Source: Thermodesulfobacteriota bacterium
Lineage (GTDB): Bacteria > Desulfobacterota_D > UBA1144 > Nemesobacterales > UBA2774
Assembly (NCBI GenBank): GCA_965216785.1
Contig: OZ244197.1
Location: 928,001 to 992,000, forward strand
DNA: 64,000 bases
Direction of reading: 5' to 3'
The position numbers and the translations under genes were made by a program. Within the stretch, counting starts at the first letter, position 1; each line of letters begins with the position of its first letter. Below, piece by piece: positions 9,339-19,050 of this stretch. Under the pieces are notes generated by a model that had not been told where the DNA came from, did not search any database, and saw nothing but the letters and a program-made list of their open reading frames with translations.

Positions 9339-12300
9339 ATGTCTATTAGAGGGAAGAAGTACCCGTCTTACCTACTTTTTATTCCGTTTTTAATAATTTT
9401 CGCAATCGCCGTATTGGTGAATTTCACAAGCGCAGTCAGCGGGCCTGTAAAGGTACTAACAGAAACAGACTTTGTGCAGGACTCTGCGCTCTTCGCTATA
9501 CCGGAGGATGAGATTGTTGCGGTATTCCTGGAATCCCCTCTTTCAGGCGGCGCGCCTAATGATACGGGAATTATCGGAATTGACGTAATTCCCTATGCGT
9601 ATGAACAGGATATAGAGCAAACGTTCTGCTGGGACGACGATAGCCCTAATTCAGAACATTACGTGGCGCTTATAGATAATTCAGGCAAGGAAGTCATGAC
9701 AGTTTTCTCAGGCGGCGAATGCGTTACGGAAACGATTGCCGAAGGTGATTACGAGATGCGTATCATGCACGACGGCAAAAGTGATAAACAAGTCGCAGTA
9801 TTCATAATTCCTGAGGGGGACAAGGCGCTTCTTAATTTAACCTCTGTACTGAACTCTGATAAATGTATTGAGTGCGATCTGAGTAACGTAAATCTCAGCA
9901 GCGTGGATCTGAGCGGCGTGGACCTGACAGACGCTATCCTTAATAACGCAATACTTGTAGACGCTGACCTATCTGGCTCCAATCTAAGCGGGGCGGATCT
10001 AAGTAACGCCGACCTCAGCCGCGCCAACTTAAAAGGCGCTGATTTATCTGGTGCCGATCTCACAAGCGCGATATTAATAAACGCCGATCTGTCGGATACC
10101 GACCTTACGCTAGCGAATCTTGAAAACGCTGACACTAAGGGCGCGAATCTCAAAGGTTCTACGGGAGTACTTATTACTGATAGCGGCGGGAGTGAAGCTG
10201 ATGTCAACTCTGAAAACGTGACAAAAGTCCACGATGCAGTAGTGGCAACCATTGAGTGTAACGGCGGCGCAATCGCTGCCGGTTCAGGAGAAGACCTCCT
10301 CGTTAAAGGCGCCTGCACTGTTGGAGCCGGCACCTATCATTACCGGAACGTAAATATTATCGAACCCGGCTCTCTTACATTTGACGACGCGGTAATAGAT
10401 TTCTGGGCTTACGGCATAATTGTCGAAAACAAAGCCAGCCTCATCGCGGGCTCTGATACGGCTCCCATAGGCATGGCGGGCGGTAAGCTGACTATCCATC
10501 TATACGGAGAAAACCAGGGCGTCGGAGGTTCCGGTGTTCTATGTAAAACCCCTACATCGGCAACGGTCGAAGTCTGCGGAATACCCAAAACGGTTTGGGA
10601 CTCAAACGGCGCGAGTAAGCAAATGATGGGGGACGGATCCATGGACTATTTCTATCAGTATAAACCGCTCCCTCAGGACGACGGCGATCCGAACGCATTC
10701 TTTGGCTATAAGGTGCTTGCAGTATCTTACGGCGGTACGCTTAATCTGTACGGTAAAAAAGGCTCGACGCTTCCGGATAATTTAATGTCAGATAATTCCG
10801 GCATGAGCTGGGCCAGGCTCGACGGCTCTGTTAATAAAGGAGCCACTCAGCTCAAAATAGACAGAGAGGTAGACTGGGAAACCGGCGACCGCATTGTTGT
10901 AACCACGACCGACTATCTGCCCGGACACTCAGAAGTGCTAGAAATAATAGACCCGCCGGTAGACAAAATGACTTTTAATTTTAAGGTGGTTGATCCGTTC
11001 ACCGGCGCGGATATACCCGGGGGTCTTCAGTATCCTCATAACGGCAAGCCGTACGAAATTGACAGCGATGTAGCTGATAATATAAAGTGGGAGACTACAA
11101 TTGACGGCAAGCCGGCGGCTGAAACAAGGGCTGCTGTGGGTCTCTTGACAAGAGACATCATGATTGTGTCCGCAGGCAATACTTTCAATTCGGACTTCCC
11201 TCCGGTTGCCGGGAATCATCTTGGGGGCCACACTATCGTGCGCCAGGGTGTAGAGGAATTTAAGGTGCAGGGAGTGCAGTTCCACCAGCTCGGCCAGGGC
11301 GGCAAGATGGGGCATTATCCGGCCCATTTCCATTTAACCAGAAAAATGCCGGAAGGCACCTTTATAAAAGACTCCTCGATAACGGATTCCATGACCAGGT
11401 GGATAACCCTTCACGGTGCGCAGGGAGTAAAGCTTGCCAGAAATGTCGGCTGTATGTCCATAGGCCACGGCTTCTATTTAGAAGACGGCACGGAGATAAA
11501 CAACAAGCTCTACTCAAACCTCGGTATACTCGCGCGCGCGGCGGTAAAGAACGCGCAGAACCCTCGCCAGGTTCCTGGCATCCTCGCCTGGGACGGAAGG
11601 GACATTCCATTCTTGCCTTTTAATTCCGACATCTACAATCCTACGGTCTTCTGGATCATGAACGGATGGAATGATTTTGAATACAACATGGCCGCCGGGG
11701 CCACAGGGTGCGGGGTATGCTACTGGCTTCTTCCCGGCACGAACAGCGGGCCCTCCCAGGGTATGAAGTGGGAAGGCTACGCCTCTATGCAGAGCGGTCC
11801 TATGATGACTGAAGGCGATCAAACTTATCAGGTAAATATGATCCGTGCGGCAATGACCCCGCTTAAAACCTTTAAGGGTAATTACTGCACTAGCGCGATG
11901 ATGTCCTTTAATACAGTGGGCGCGACCGACACTTGCCTCGGTATAAATGCGTTCGGCACCGCGACAAATGCCAACAACCCAGTGCCCGCCGAGCTCCCGA
12001 TGGATCTGGGCGGCAAAGGGGACCCCAATAAAGAAACCTTTTATCCGAAGATGCTCGGAGGAGGAGGAGGACGGTTTGCCACTGTGTGTCCGGGTACGGA
12101 TGAGACCAGGGACTGCGGCCCGGCTGCCGTTGCAAATAGGTGTGACGTGGGAGAAGCCCGCAAGAACTGTGCGGTCACGGTTCTCGATAAGTACACCTCG
12201 TCCTTTCACTGGCCGCAGCAGAATTTCGCCGCTATATGGCTCCGCCCGCAGTGGTATCTATATATAAACAGCTTCCTTTCCGACACTCAGAACGGGGGTC

Positions 12301-14987
12301 TTGGCTTTGTTACGGGGGGCGACTACACCCTAGGCAACATAGTCCCGGGTCAGTGGCAGCTCGCGGCAAAATCAGTTTTTGTAGGCCAAACTCAAAATGA
12401 TAACCCTCTTGCCTCAGAAGCGGGGCCGTTTAACCCTCTCATGAGTGGTGACGGGATGATAAAAGGTCTAGTTTGCGATAGCGGAGACGCCAACCACTGC
12501 CGCTTGGCTGCACAAGGTATAAGCATGCCGCTTGACAACTTCGCCGTGAATCAACGCCTTTTCAATATATATGACGGTCCCAATTATCAGGACTCAAACG
12601 CCTTTCTCGATATCAAAAAGACCGATCTCAGCGATCTTTGCAGTCCACCGGACGATAAGTCCCCCACCGGAGTTTCTAAATGTCCTCAGTTCGGCCCCGG
12701 AGTCGGTATGCCTGCCTGGATGTACACGCGTACTATCGGAATTCCGGTCGATAAGACTACAAATTCGTGCGTACTGCCCAATGGGGCAATAGGTTGGAAA
12801 CAGCCAAACGGCTTTTACTATCCCCCGGGTTTTCACTCGCGCAATCTTCACTTTAAAAATGTGGATATACGTCACTACGTACTGGAGCCTCTCTGGGCGC
12901 CGGGCTCTTACGACACCATAGAGGGACAGGTGAGAGAGGATTACTGCACATTTCCCACTAACAATATGTTCGGCAACTTCAGCAGCGTTGACCGTCAGAC
13001 GGTTGTAAACGACAATGACGGCTCTCTTACAGGGCTCTTGAGTCCGGTTGCCTCATCAATGGGCGAAACCATATCGGTCAACCTCGATCCGTTTTTCAAT
13101 GCTCCGATAGAGGCTATCGAGTGCGAGTCGTTTGACACCGCGAAAACAAGCCCTTACGAGTATATTACGACAGTCGTTTACCCGGGGTGCGCTACTAATA
13201 ACACGTGCCTCGGTGTGTGCTCGAACAACCCGGCTGTAAAATGCAGCTCAGACCCTGAATGTGATTTTGGACCTGGTAACCGGGGGACTTGCAGCGCTAT
13301 TTGGGGTAGGCCCTGCTCAAACGCCGAGTGCTACGGCGTACCGCTTGAGAGACAGCTTCTTACATCAGATGATGCCCCTGACCTCTCTACAACAGGAATC
13401 CGAATGGCGGGGATGAGTCTCTTTCAGAGGAGCATGATGACCCTGAACGGAGCTACCTATTACATCGATACTACGGTTTCAGAAACCGAGCAGAGAAAGA
13501 GCGCCAAGAGCCTGAACGTGTTTAAAGGTGGGGATACTTACTATGTATTCTTCATCTATCCCAAAGTGAGCACAAATCAGACGTACCAAATATACGTCGG
13601 CAAGAATGGATTCAACGAGGATACGGACGTATCGTTCGTTCGGGCTGAGCTTAGGTCCCCGATAATTTTCACTCCCGAGAGTTTCGATACCCCGAACAAA
13701 CTCCCGGTCGGGTGGGACAAAGATTACAATTCCGCAACAGGCATCCTGACAGTAACGGCAAACATGCAAACATTTGAGAAAGATTTTATTAAAGCCAGAA
13801 ATGATTTTTGCCAACCCAAGAGTTTTTGTACGCTAGACGGCAATAAAGACGATGCCAATGCTCAGTGCATTTGCTCAGACGACCTTACGGGAGATCAGAA
13901 GACGCAGTGCGTAGATGGAAATATATGCGGCAGATGGGCCGGGAAAGATATTGATTGTCCTGAAGGCGGCTGCCCCGGATTTTCATTCAAGCTTCCTTCA
14001 GGCCCAGACGGGTTTGTAGCGGACGACAAAGGGAACATTTTGGAGGCTAACGGAGGCCACAGGCCTCCACCTATGTGTTTCCCTAAAGAGGCGCCATGGA
14101 CGGCTGAATTTATACGTGCCGATATGGATGTAGCGGGCTCGTGTAAGACTACTCCAATAGATAATGCTAAATTCTGTACCGACCCCCCTGGGGGCGGCGG
14201 GGGAATACCCCCAACGGGACCGCCTGTAGGCGGAGGAGCGGACAAGGACGGGGACGGTGAGCCTGACGCCACAGACGTCGATTCTGATAACGACGGAATA
14301 CCTGACAGCAGAGAGCGTTCAAACTTTGTAATAACCTCAAGTTCTGAATCAGCCTCAAGAGCAATTGTGATTCCGGCTGATCCCGACGGCGACGGCATAC
14401 CAAACGAGCTCGATCTTGACTCAGACGGCGATTGTCTCCCGGACCATTTAGAAGCAGGGGGCACTAACGACACTGACAGAGACGGTTTGGTCGATAATTT
14501 CGCCGATGCCGATGCAGATGGTCATCACGACGCTCATGACACCGATCAGGGAGGGAGCGCTCTTCCGCTTCCCGATACGGACGGCGACGATATCCCGGAC
14601 TTTCTGGATCATGATTCAGATGGCGACGGTATGACGGACACCGAGGAAACCGGGGGCACAGTGGATGCAAACGACGACGGTATTCATGATAATACGGTAG
14701 ATGTAAACCAGGACGGCATTTCCGACAGCCTGCATCCGGATACAGGAAGTGTTTGCGTTATTCAGGATACAGACGGCGACGGACTGCCCGACCACCTTGA
14801 TCTCGTACCGCTTACGCCTGCAGACCCGCCGGCTGACGGTGAGGGAGACGGAGGCACAGGTAACGGTGCTTGCGCCTTGGCGTCAAGCGAAATCGGCAGT
14901 CAGGGCTTAACCGGGCTTGCAGTGTTTGGGCTTATTCCGTTTGCAGTAATTCTCCGAAGGAAGTTAAGAGTCATAAGAAAGCAGTAA
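9339..14987 (+). CDS. Giant surface protein: pentapeptide repeats, G8 domain, CEMIP/TMEM2-like beta-helix, Ca-binding DxDxDG repeats, Cys-containing C-terminal sorting signal
   Basis: A(D/N)L repeats; WETGDRIVVTTTDY; QGGKMGHYPAHFH, TRWITLHG, GHGFYLEDGTE, FNIYDGP; DTDGDG repeats; GGTGNGAC-TM-RRKLR tail. Confidence 0.8.
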   Translation: MSIRGKKYPSYLLFIPFLIIFAIAVLVNFTSAVSGPVKVLTETDFVQDSALFAIPEDEIVAVFLESPLSGGAPNDTGIIGIDVIPYAYEQDIEQTFCWDDDSPNSEHYVALIDNSGKEVMTVFSGGECVTETIAEGDYEMRIMHDGKSDKQVAVFIIPEGDKALLNLTSVLNSDKCIECDLSNVNLSSVDLSGVDLTDAILNNAILVDADLSGSNLSGADLSNADLSRANLKGADLSGADLTSAILINADLSDTDLTLANLENADTKGANLKGSTGVLITDSGGSEADVNSENVTKVHDAVVATIECNGGAIAAGSGEDLLVKGACTVGAGTYHYRNVNIIEPGSLTFDDAVIDFWAYGIIVENKASLIAGSDTAPIGMAGGKLTIHLYGENQGVGGSGVLCKTPTSATVEVCGIPKTVWDSNGASKQMMGDGSMDYFYQYKPLPQDDGDPNAFFGYKVLAVSYGGTLNLYGKKGSTLPDNLMSDNSGMSWARLDGSVNKGATQLKIDREVDWETGDRIVVTTTDYLPGHSEVLEIIDPPVDKMTFNFKVVDPFTGADIPGGLQYPHNGKPYEIDSDVADNIKWETTIDGKPAAETRAAVGLLTRDIMIVSAGNTFNSDFPPVAGNHLGGHTIVRQGVEEFKVQGVQFHQLGQGGKMGHYPAHFHLTRKMPEGTFIKDSSITDSMTRWITLHGAQGVKLARNVGCMSIGHGFYLEDGTEINNKLYSNLGILARAAVKNAQNPRQVPGILAWDGRDIPFLPFNSDIYNPTVFWIMNGWNDFEYNMAAGATGCGVCYWLLPGTNSGPSQGMKWEGYASMQSGPMMTEGDQTYQVNMIRAAMTPLKTFKGNYCTSAMMSFNTVGATDTCLGINAFGTATNANNPVPAELPMDLGGKGDPNKETFYPKMLGGGGGRFATVCPGTDETRDCGPAAVANRCDVGEARKNCAVTVLDKYTSSFHWPQQNFAAIWLRPQWYLYINSFLSDTQNGGLGFVTGGDYTLGNIVPGQWQLAAKSVFVGQTQNDNPLASEAGPFNPLMSGDGMIKGLVCDSGDANHCRLAAQGISMPLDNFAVNQRLFNIYDGPNYQDSNAFLDIKKTDLSDLCSPPDDKSPTGVSKCPQFGPGVGMPAWMYTRTIGIPVDKTTNSCVLPNGAIGWKQPNGFYYPPGFHSRNLHFKNVDIRHYVLEPLWAPGSYDTIEGQVREDYCTFPTNNMFGNFSSVDRQTVVNDNDGSLTGLLSPVASSMGETISVNLDPFFNAPIEAIECESFDTAKTSPYEYITTVVYPGCATNNTCLGVCSNNPAVKCSSDPECDFGPGNRGTCSAIWGRPCSNAECYGVPLERQLLTSDDAPDLSTTGIRMAGMSLFQRSMMTLNGATYYIDTTVSETEQRKSAKSLNVFKGGDTYYVFFIYPKVSTNQTYQIYVGKNGFNEDTDVSFVRAELRSPIIFTPESFDTPNKLPVGWDKDYNSATGILTVTANMQTFEKDFIKARNDFCQPKSFCTLDGNKDDANAQCICSDDLTGDQKTQCVDGNICGRWAGKDIDCPEGGCPGFSFKLPSGPDGFVADDKGNILEANGGHRPPPMCFPKEAPWTAEFIRADMDVAGSCKTTPIDNAKFCTDPPGGGGGIPPTGPPVGGGADKDGDGEPDATDVDSDNDGIPDSRERSNFVITSSSESASRAIVIPADPDGDGIPNELDLDSDGDCLPDHLEAGGTNDTDRDGLVDNFADADADGHHDAHDTDQGGSALPLPDTDGDDIPDFLDHDSDGDGMTDTEETGGTVDANDDGIHDNTVDVNQDGISDSLHPDTGSVCVIQDTDGDGLPDHLDLVPLTPADPPADGEGDGGTGNGACALASSEIGSQGLTGLAVFGLIPFAVILRRKLRVIRKQ

Positions 14988-15017
14988 AATAGAGCAGATT
15001 TAATGAAAACTATCAAT

Positions 15018-15059
15018 TGCCCGGTATCCCTATTATGTGACAGGGATACCGGGTATTTT
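15018..15059 (+). terminator. Intrinsic terminator after the giant gene
   Basis: CCCGGTATCCCT-N10-AGGGATACCGGG followed by TATTTT. Confidence 0.7.
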
Positions 15060-15073
15060 ACAAGTTCAGTCCT

Positions 15074-16432
15074 ATGCCTCTATTATCACGACTGCGAAAC
15101 CGCATTGAAAACCCAAAAGAAGACATCTCAGCAGGCTCAAACTCACTGGGTTTTATGGACGCTTTTTCTATCGGGATCGGTGGCATTGTCGGGGGCGGAA
15201 TATTCGCGACAATCGGCCTTGCTATAGTCGAGTCCAAGGGCGCCACCTATATGTCTTTTTTAATCGGGGGCGTAGTTGCCCTGCTCACCGCGTACTCTTA
15301 CCTCAAGCTATCTGTCGCTTACCCGAGCAAAGGCGGTACCGTAACTTTTATAAACCGCGCTTTCGGTGAAGGACTATTCACCGGGAGTTTGAATACGCTT
15401 CTTGTCATAAGCTATGTTGTACTCCTGGCTGTCTATGCCTACGCCTTTGCCACATACACGGCGGCTACCTTCTTCCCCAAGTCAGAGTATGAGTTCTGGC
15501 ACAAAGTGCTCACCTGCGGGATCATGATACTCCTTACCGTCATTAACTTCATAGGCCCCAGCATTGCAGAGCGCTCAGAGGGCTTTTTCAATATCTGCAA
15601 GCTCCTTATTCTGCTTACTTTTGTAGTGCTCGGGCTATTTGCGGGTGATCTATCTTTTGAGCGGTTAGGCCCCGCAGACTGGGTCTCGGCCCCTCAGATC
15701 GTAGCCACGGGGATGCTCGTATTCATAAGCTATGAAGGTTTTGAGCTCATCGCGAACGTATCGGATCAGGTAAGGGATAAAGAGAAAAATTTATCCTACG
15801 CCTATTTCGGAAGTGTTATTACGGCGATGGTATTTTATATGTTCATTATCGTAGTCGTCATTGGTCACCTTTCTTTTAGCGCTATTACAGACTCTCGTGA
15901 CTATGCTCTTTCCGCGGCCGCAAATGTCTTTATGGGTAAGGCTGGGTTTGTGCTTCTTTCGGTTGGAGCCATACTTGCCACAGCCTCCGCCATAAACGCG
16001 GGCCTCTTCGGCGCCTCAAAGCTGCCGCTTATGCTTGCAAAAGAGGGTGAGGCCCCCGAGCGGTACGAGAAGAAAATTTGGGGACGCTACCCGGTAGGGC
16101 TCATTGTAATTGCAGTATTGGTGCTCTTGATAGCGAATTTCCTAGAGCTCCACGCACTCGCTGCTGCTGCCAGCACCGGGTTCATCCTTATGTTCTTAAT
16201 GGTGAATATAGCCAATGCTAAACTTGCCAAAGAGACCGGGAGTAAGAGGTGGGTTTCTGCGCTAGGAGCGCTTGTATGTTTTGCCGCGCTTTTAATACTG
16301 CTAATCCAGATTGCCCGCGACCCCGCTCACCGCTACGAGCTTTGGTTCATCGCCGCGCTAATCCTCTTCCCGTTTACATATCAGTCAATCTTTAACGCCT
16401 ATAAGTATTTCCATAAACCGGAGTCCCGGTAA
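15074..16432 (+). CDS. APC-family amino acid permease
   Basis: IGIGGIVGGGIF, YPSKGG, FISYEGFELIAN; about 12 TM helices. Confidence 0.92.
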   Translation: MPLLSRLRNRIENPKEDISAGSNSLGFMDAFSIGIGGIVGGGIFATIGLAIVESKGATYMSFLIGGVVALLTAYSYLKLSVAYPSKGGTVTFINRAFGEGLFTGSLNTLLVISYVVLLAVYAYAFATYTAATFFPKSEYEFWHKVLTCGIMILLTVINFIGPSIAERSEGFFNICKLLILLTFVVLGLFAGDLSFERLGPADWVSAPQIVATGMLVFISYEGFELIANVSDQVRDKEKNLSYAYFGSVITAMVFYMFIIVVVIGHLSFSAITDSRDYALSAAANVFMGKAGFVLLSVGAILATASAINAGLFGASKLPLMLAKEGEAPERYEKKIWGRYPVGLIVIAVLVLLIANFLELHALAAAASTGFILMFLMVNIANAKLAKETGSKRWVSALGALVCFAALLILLIQIARDPAHRYELWFIAALILFPFTYQSIFNAYKYFHKPESR

Positions 16433-16485
16433 TTCATTTTGTGAACTTGGAAATAAGTAGCTATAGAAAGTTATGGGCGGGTTTA

Positions 16486-16815
16486 TTAAAAGTCTCTCAA
16501 GTCGGCTACGTCTCTATTGCCGTTATCGAAAAGCTCGTTAAACCTTTCACGGCTTAAATCTACAGTAACAATGCGGGAATTGTCGCCTGGATGTGCTCTA
16601 TTAGTGTCCGCAGCCTCAAAAGTTCTGAATAGATGGTTTGCGTTATGAGATTTTGCCGCGTTTGATCCCCTTCTTCCCCTGAGTGAGAGCTTAAACGCGG
16701 TCCTCCCATTGGCCCCAGATCCCGAACCGCTATCGTCGCAGGATACAACCATCAGGGCCACAGCAGCAGCGCTTAATTTTAAAAACTCTCTTCTTGTGAA
16801 GCCGCCGATACTCAT
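16486..16815 (-). CDS. Tat-exported lipoprotein of unknown function (start reassigned to ATG 16815)
   Basis: MSIGGFTRREFLKLSAAAVALMVVSC: twin-arginine motif plus lipobox; AAGG RBS; the upstream 72 codons of the listed ORF look non-coding. Confidence 0.75.
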   Translation of the reverse strand: MSIGGFTRREFLKLSAAAVALMVVSCDDSGSGSGANGRTAFKLSLRGRRGSNAAKSHNANHLFRTFEAADTNRAHPGDNSRIVTVDLSRERFNELFDNGNRDVADLRDF

Positions 16816-16840
16816 AGTAATAACCTTATCTATTAGTGCA

Positions 16841-17024
16841 GGCACGGGGAAGAGCCGACTTCCCCGCCGGTTCAACAAAACAAACGTTTTGTCGGCCCAG
16901 ACTTTGTACCAGGACCTCTGATAACGGAACAAACAGCACCCCCCGGACTCCCCGGGGAACGTCGAAGGGGAAAAAGTGGCCCCTACTCGCTCCTGTTTGC
17001 CGACCTCTCCTGGCCTATGTGCTA
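16841..17024 (-). ncRNA. Candidate structured leader RNA/riboswitch or ncRNA (unassigned family)
   Basis: Six hand-foldable helices in a GC-rich tract directly behind a perfect sigma70 promoter; no known motif recognised. Confidence 0.55.
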
Positions 17025-17030
17025 TTTTCA

Positions 17031-17059
17031 ATTATATGACCGCTAGTTATGCGTGTCAA
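17031..17059 (-). promoter_or_regulatory. Perfect consensus sigma70 promoter
   Basis: Minus strand TTGACA-cgcataactagcggtca (17 nt)-TATAAT. Confidence 0.85.
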
Positions 17060-17156
17060 CAGATTTAAAAATTCTGTGTTAAGATTCGAAATAGCAGTTA
17101 ACTGGCCTAGAGAACAGGTAAATATGGAACAAAAACGCTGTAAAATAACTTAGCAT

Positions 17157-17657
17157 TTACCTGCATCCGCAGTCGCAGTCGAGCACGCCCCTTGGCGCGA
17201 CGCTCAGGTCGCACTGGCAGAGCTCCTCACCGGCGGCACAGCCGGGAGGTCCCGCTGCTCCGGCAGCGCAGCCTCTGATATTTACGCTGACAGAGTTCCC
17301 TGAGTCAAAGACTGCTTTACATGACCTTCTGCTGCAAGAACCCGGCCTGCAAGTCGTGCTATAGGACTGGTTACAGTAATGCTCGGCTATTTTATTTTCA
17401 GTGTTCGCGTTTGTCGCTACGCATTCGCCGATCGGTACGCATACTTCTCTTCTTGCAAGAGGAGTAGTAGCCGCCTGATTTCTGAATGCTGGTGGGTCAA
17501 TCGATGTGCAAGGTGTGGGTGTCGGAATCGGCGCTCTTGCAATCTCCTGTTTTTCCTTCTCACACCCTGATGTGAAGACTACGCCTACAACTAAGAAAAC
17601 AGCTAATGCCGAAATCCTAAAAAACCCTAAAGCTAAACTCTTGCCTTTGCCTCTCAT
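17157..17657 (-). CDS. Cysteine-rich lipoprotein
   Basis: Lipobox TSGC, Pro/Thr linker, 14 further Cys ending CDCGCR; GGAGG RBS. Confidence 0.72.
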   Translation of the reverse strand: MRGKGKSLALGFFRISALAVFLVVGVVFTSGCEKEKQEIARAPIPTPTPCTSIDPPAFRNQAATTPLARREVCVPIGECVATNANTENKIAEHYCNQSYSTTCRPGSCSRRSCKAVFDSGNSVSVNIRGCAAGAAGPPGCAAGEELCQCDLSVAPRGVLDCDCGCR

Positions 17658-17831
17658 TTAGCTTACCTCCTACCTGTTTGCTTACATTATCCGAGTATAG
17701 AACATCTGTTCGGACAATGCCAGATATTTTTATGTTAGGTTGGGCTTGAGGCTTGTTCAGTAATTACTTCGGCTCGAGCTGGGCAACGGGCTTGGAAATG
17801 CTCTCTGAGATAACTTTAGGATTCCACGGTT

Positions 17832-18101
17832 TTATTTTTGGATATTCTGGTATTTAGAGGGCCCGTAATTTTCAGGATCATAATCCTCGCTCAAATTATT
17901 AGAGCTATCTTTTATTTCCTTAGAGTCCGGGCGGATATTTGCACATTGTGTAACGTTAGCTGCTTCATCGGTTCTCTTTGTCGACGTGCAGTCAACCCTT
18001 TTTTCGCCATAGAGCTCCCGCTCGCTGACTCCGGTATCTTTCGTGCCGCCCGAGCACCCGGTTAGAAACAATACGCATAGTAGTAAAATTAATCTTTTCA
18101 T
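17832..18101 (-). CDS. Small lipoprotein
   Basis: MKRLILLLCVLFLTGC lipobox. Confidence 0.7.
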   Translation of the reverse strand: MKRLILLLCVLFLTGCSGGTKDTGVSERELYGEKRVDCTSTKRTDEAANVTQCANIRPDSKEIKDSSNNLSEDYDPENYGPSKYQNIQK

Positions 18102-18307
18102 ATCGTCAGCCTAAATGATAAATATATCCACTATATCTTACCCGGACTTTGGTAAATTCAAGCCCTAAGCGATTTTAATATGCCAGACATCGATGCTCCA
18201 TCTCATCAGTATTGTATAGAAATTCGCTATCTATACAGTCAAATACGTAAGCTATATTACGGTATATTAATGATAATTATCTACATTTATTAAGGAGGGT
18301 TAAAGAT

Positions 18308-18874
18308 ATGGGCACATTGTCAAAGGCAGTTTCAGTTTTGGTATTTACCGTTTTGGCTCTTTCACAAGTCTCTTGTAATAATTCGAGTAACGCGCAGTCT
18401 AGCTCTCAAGAGATAGAAGCCACTTTCTCTGGAAGCTTCATCACGGCGACCGTAAATTCCGATACGAATGACGACGGAAGGCCATCTGCGCAGAGGTGGT
18501 ATGAGGGCGATAGCAATCTCGGCGAGCTAACAATTTATATGCTCGATGAGTTTGCTCAGCCGATCCAGCCTGTCACATGCCCGGAGGATACGCTCGAATT
18601 TCTGCTAGTGCGGGGAAGCTTTGTATTTACAGCGCCCGATGGAGACCTGCTCATGGGCGAACTTTTTTCAGGCGTAAGCTGTTTTGACCCGGAAACGAGA
18701 ACGTCGGTAGTAAATTACACAGGGGAATTTACCATAGGCACAGGTTCTTTCGAAGGTATTTCCGGTGAGCTTGAGATAACAATCGATTCCGATTTCCTGA
18801 ACCTTACTTCGGAAAACGGTTTTGCATCGGGTGGATCTACCGGTTCGATGTCAGGAATAATAGAATTTCCCTGA
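18308..18874 (+). CDS. Lipoprotein, beta-rich (dirigent/allene-oxide-cyclase-like pattern possible)
   Basis: Lipobox QVSC; FTIGTGSFEGISG motif; AAGGAGG RBS. Confidence 0.7.
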   Translation: MGTLSKAVSVLVFTVLALSQVSCNNSSNAQSSSQEIEATFSGSFITATVNSDTNDDGRPSAQRWYEGDSNLGELTIYMLDEFAQPIQPVTCPEDTLEFLLVRGSFVFTAPDGDLLMGELFSGVSCFDPETRTSVVNYTGEFTIGTGSFEGISGELEITIDSDFLNLTSENGFASGGSTGSMSGIIEFP

Positions 18875-19050
18875 CGGTTGAACATACTAAAACTCAGTCT
18901 TTTCTTATTCATCCGACCTTTATGATATAATAAGGATTAAAGAATTTGTAAGGTGGCTGGGGAAAAGACAACTTATAAAAGGTATGTGTCGTAGGGTTCG
19001 AACTTCCTTACGGGATAAGACTGTAAATAATATTTATCAAGGAGGATATC

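Noticed and set aside
9870-10160. Repetitive DNA as a possible CRISPR or tandem array
   Set aside because: It is coding pentapeptide-repeat sequence; no repeat-spacer array or cas genes anywhere in the window
16841-17024. Assignment of the leader to lysine, SAM-I, glycine, cobalamin, NiCo, ykkC, 6S or HDV-like families
   Set aside because: Only short words match (AGAGGU, GGCAA..GGUGC, GUACAAA); order and spacing do not fit any of these consensus structures
16816-17031. N-terminal 72 codons of the listed 181-aa ORF
   Set aside because: Its start codon abuts the -10 box, and the Tat signal begins at ATG 16815; the region reads better as structured RNA
18990-19012. GGGTTCGAAC hairpin resembling a tRNA T arm
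   Set aside because: Loop size is wrong and there is no acceptor stem or CCA
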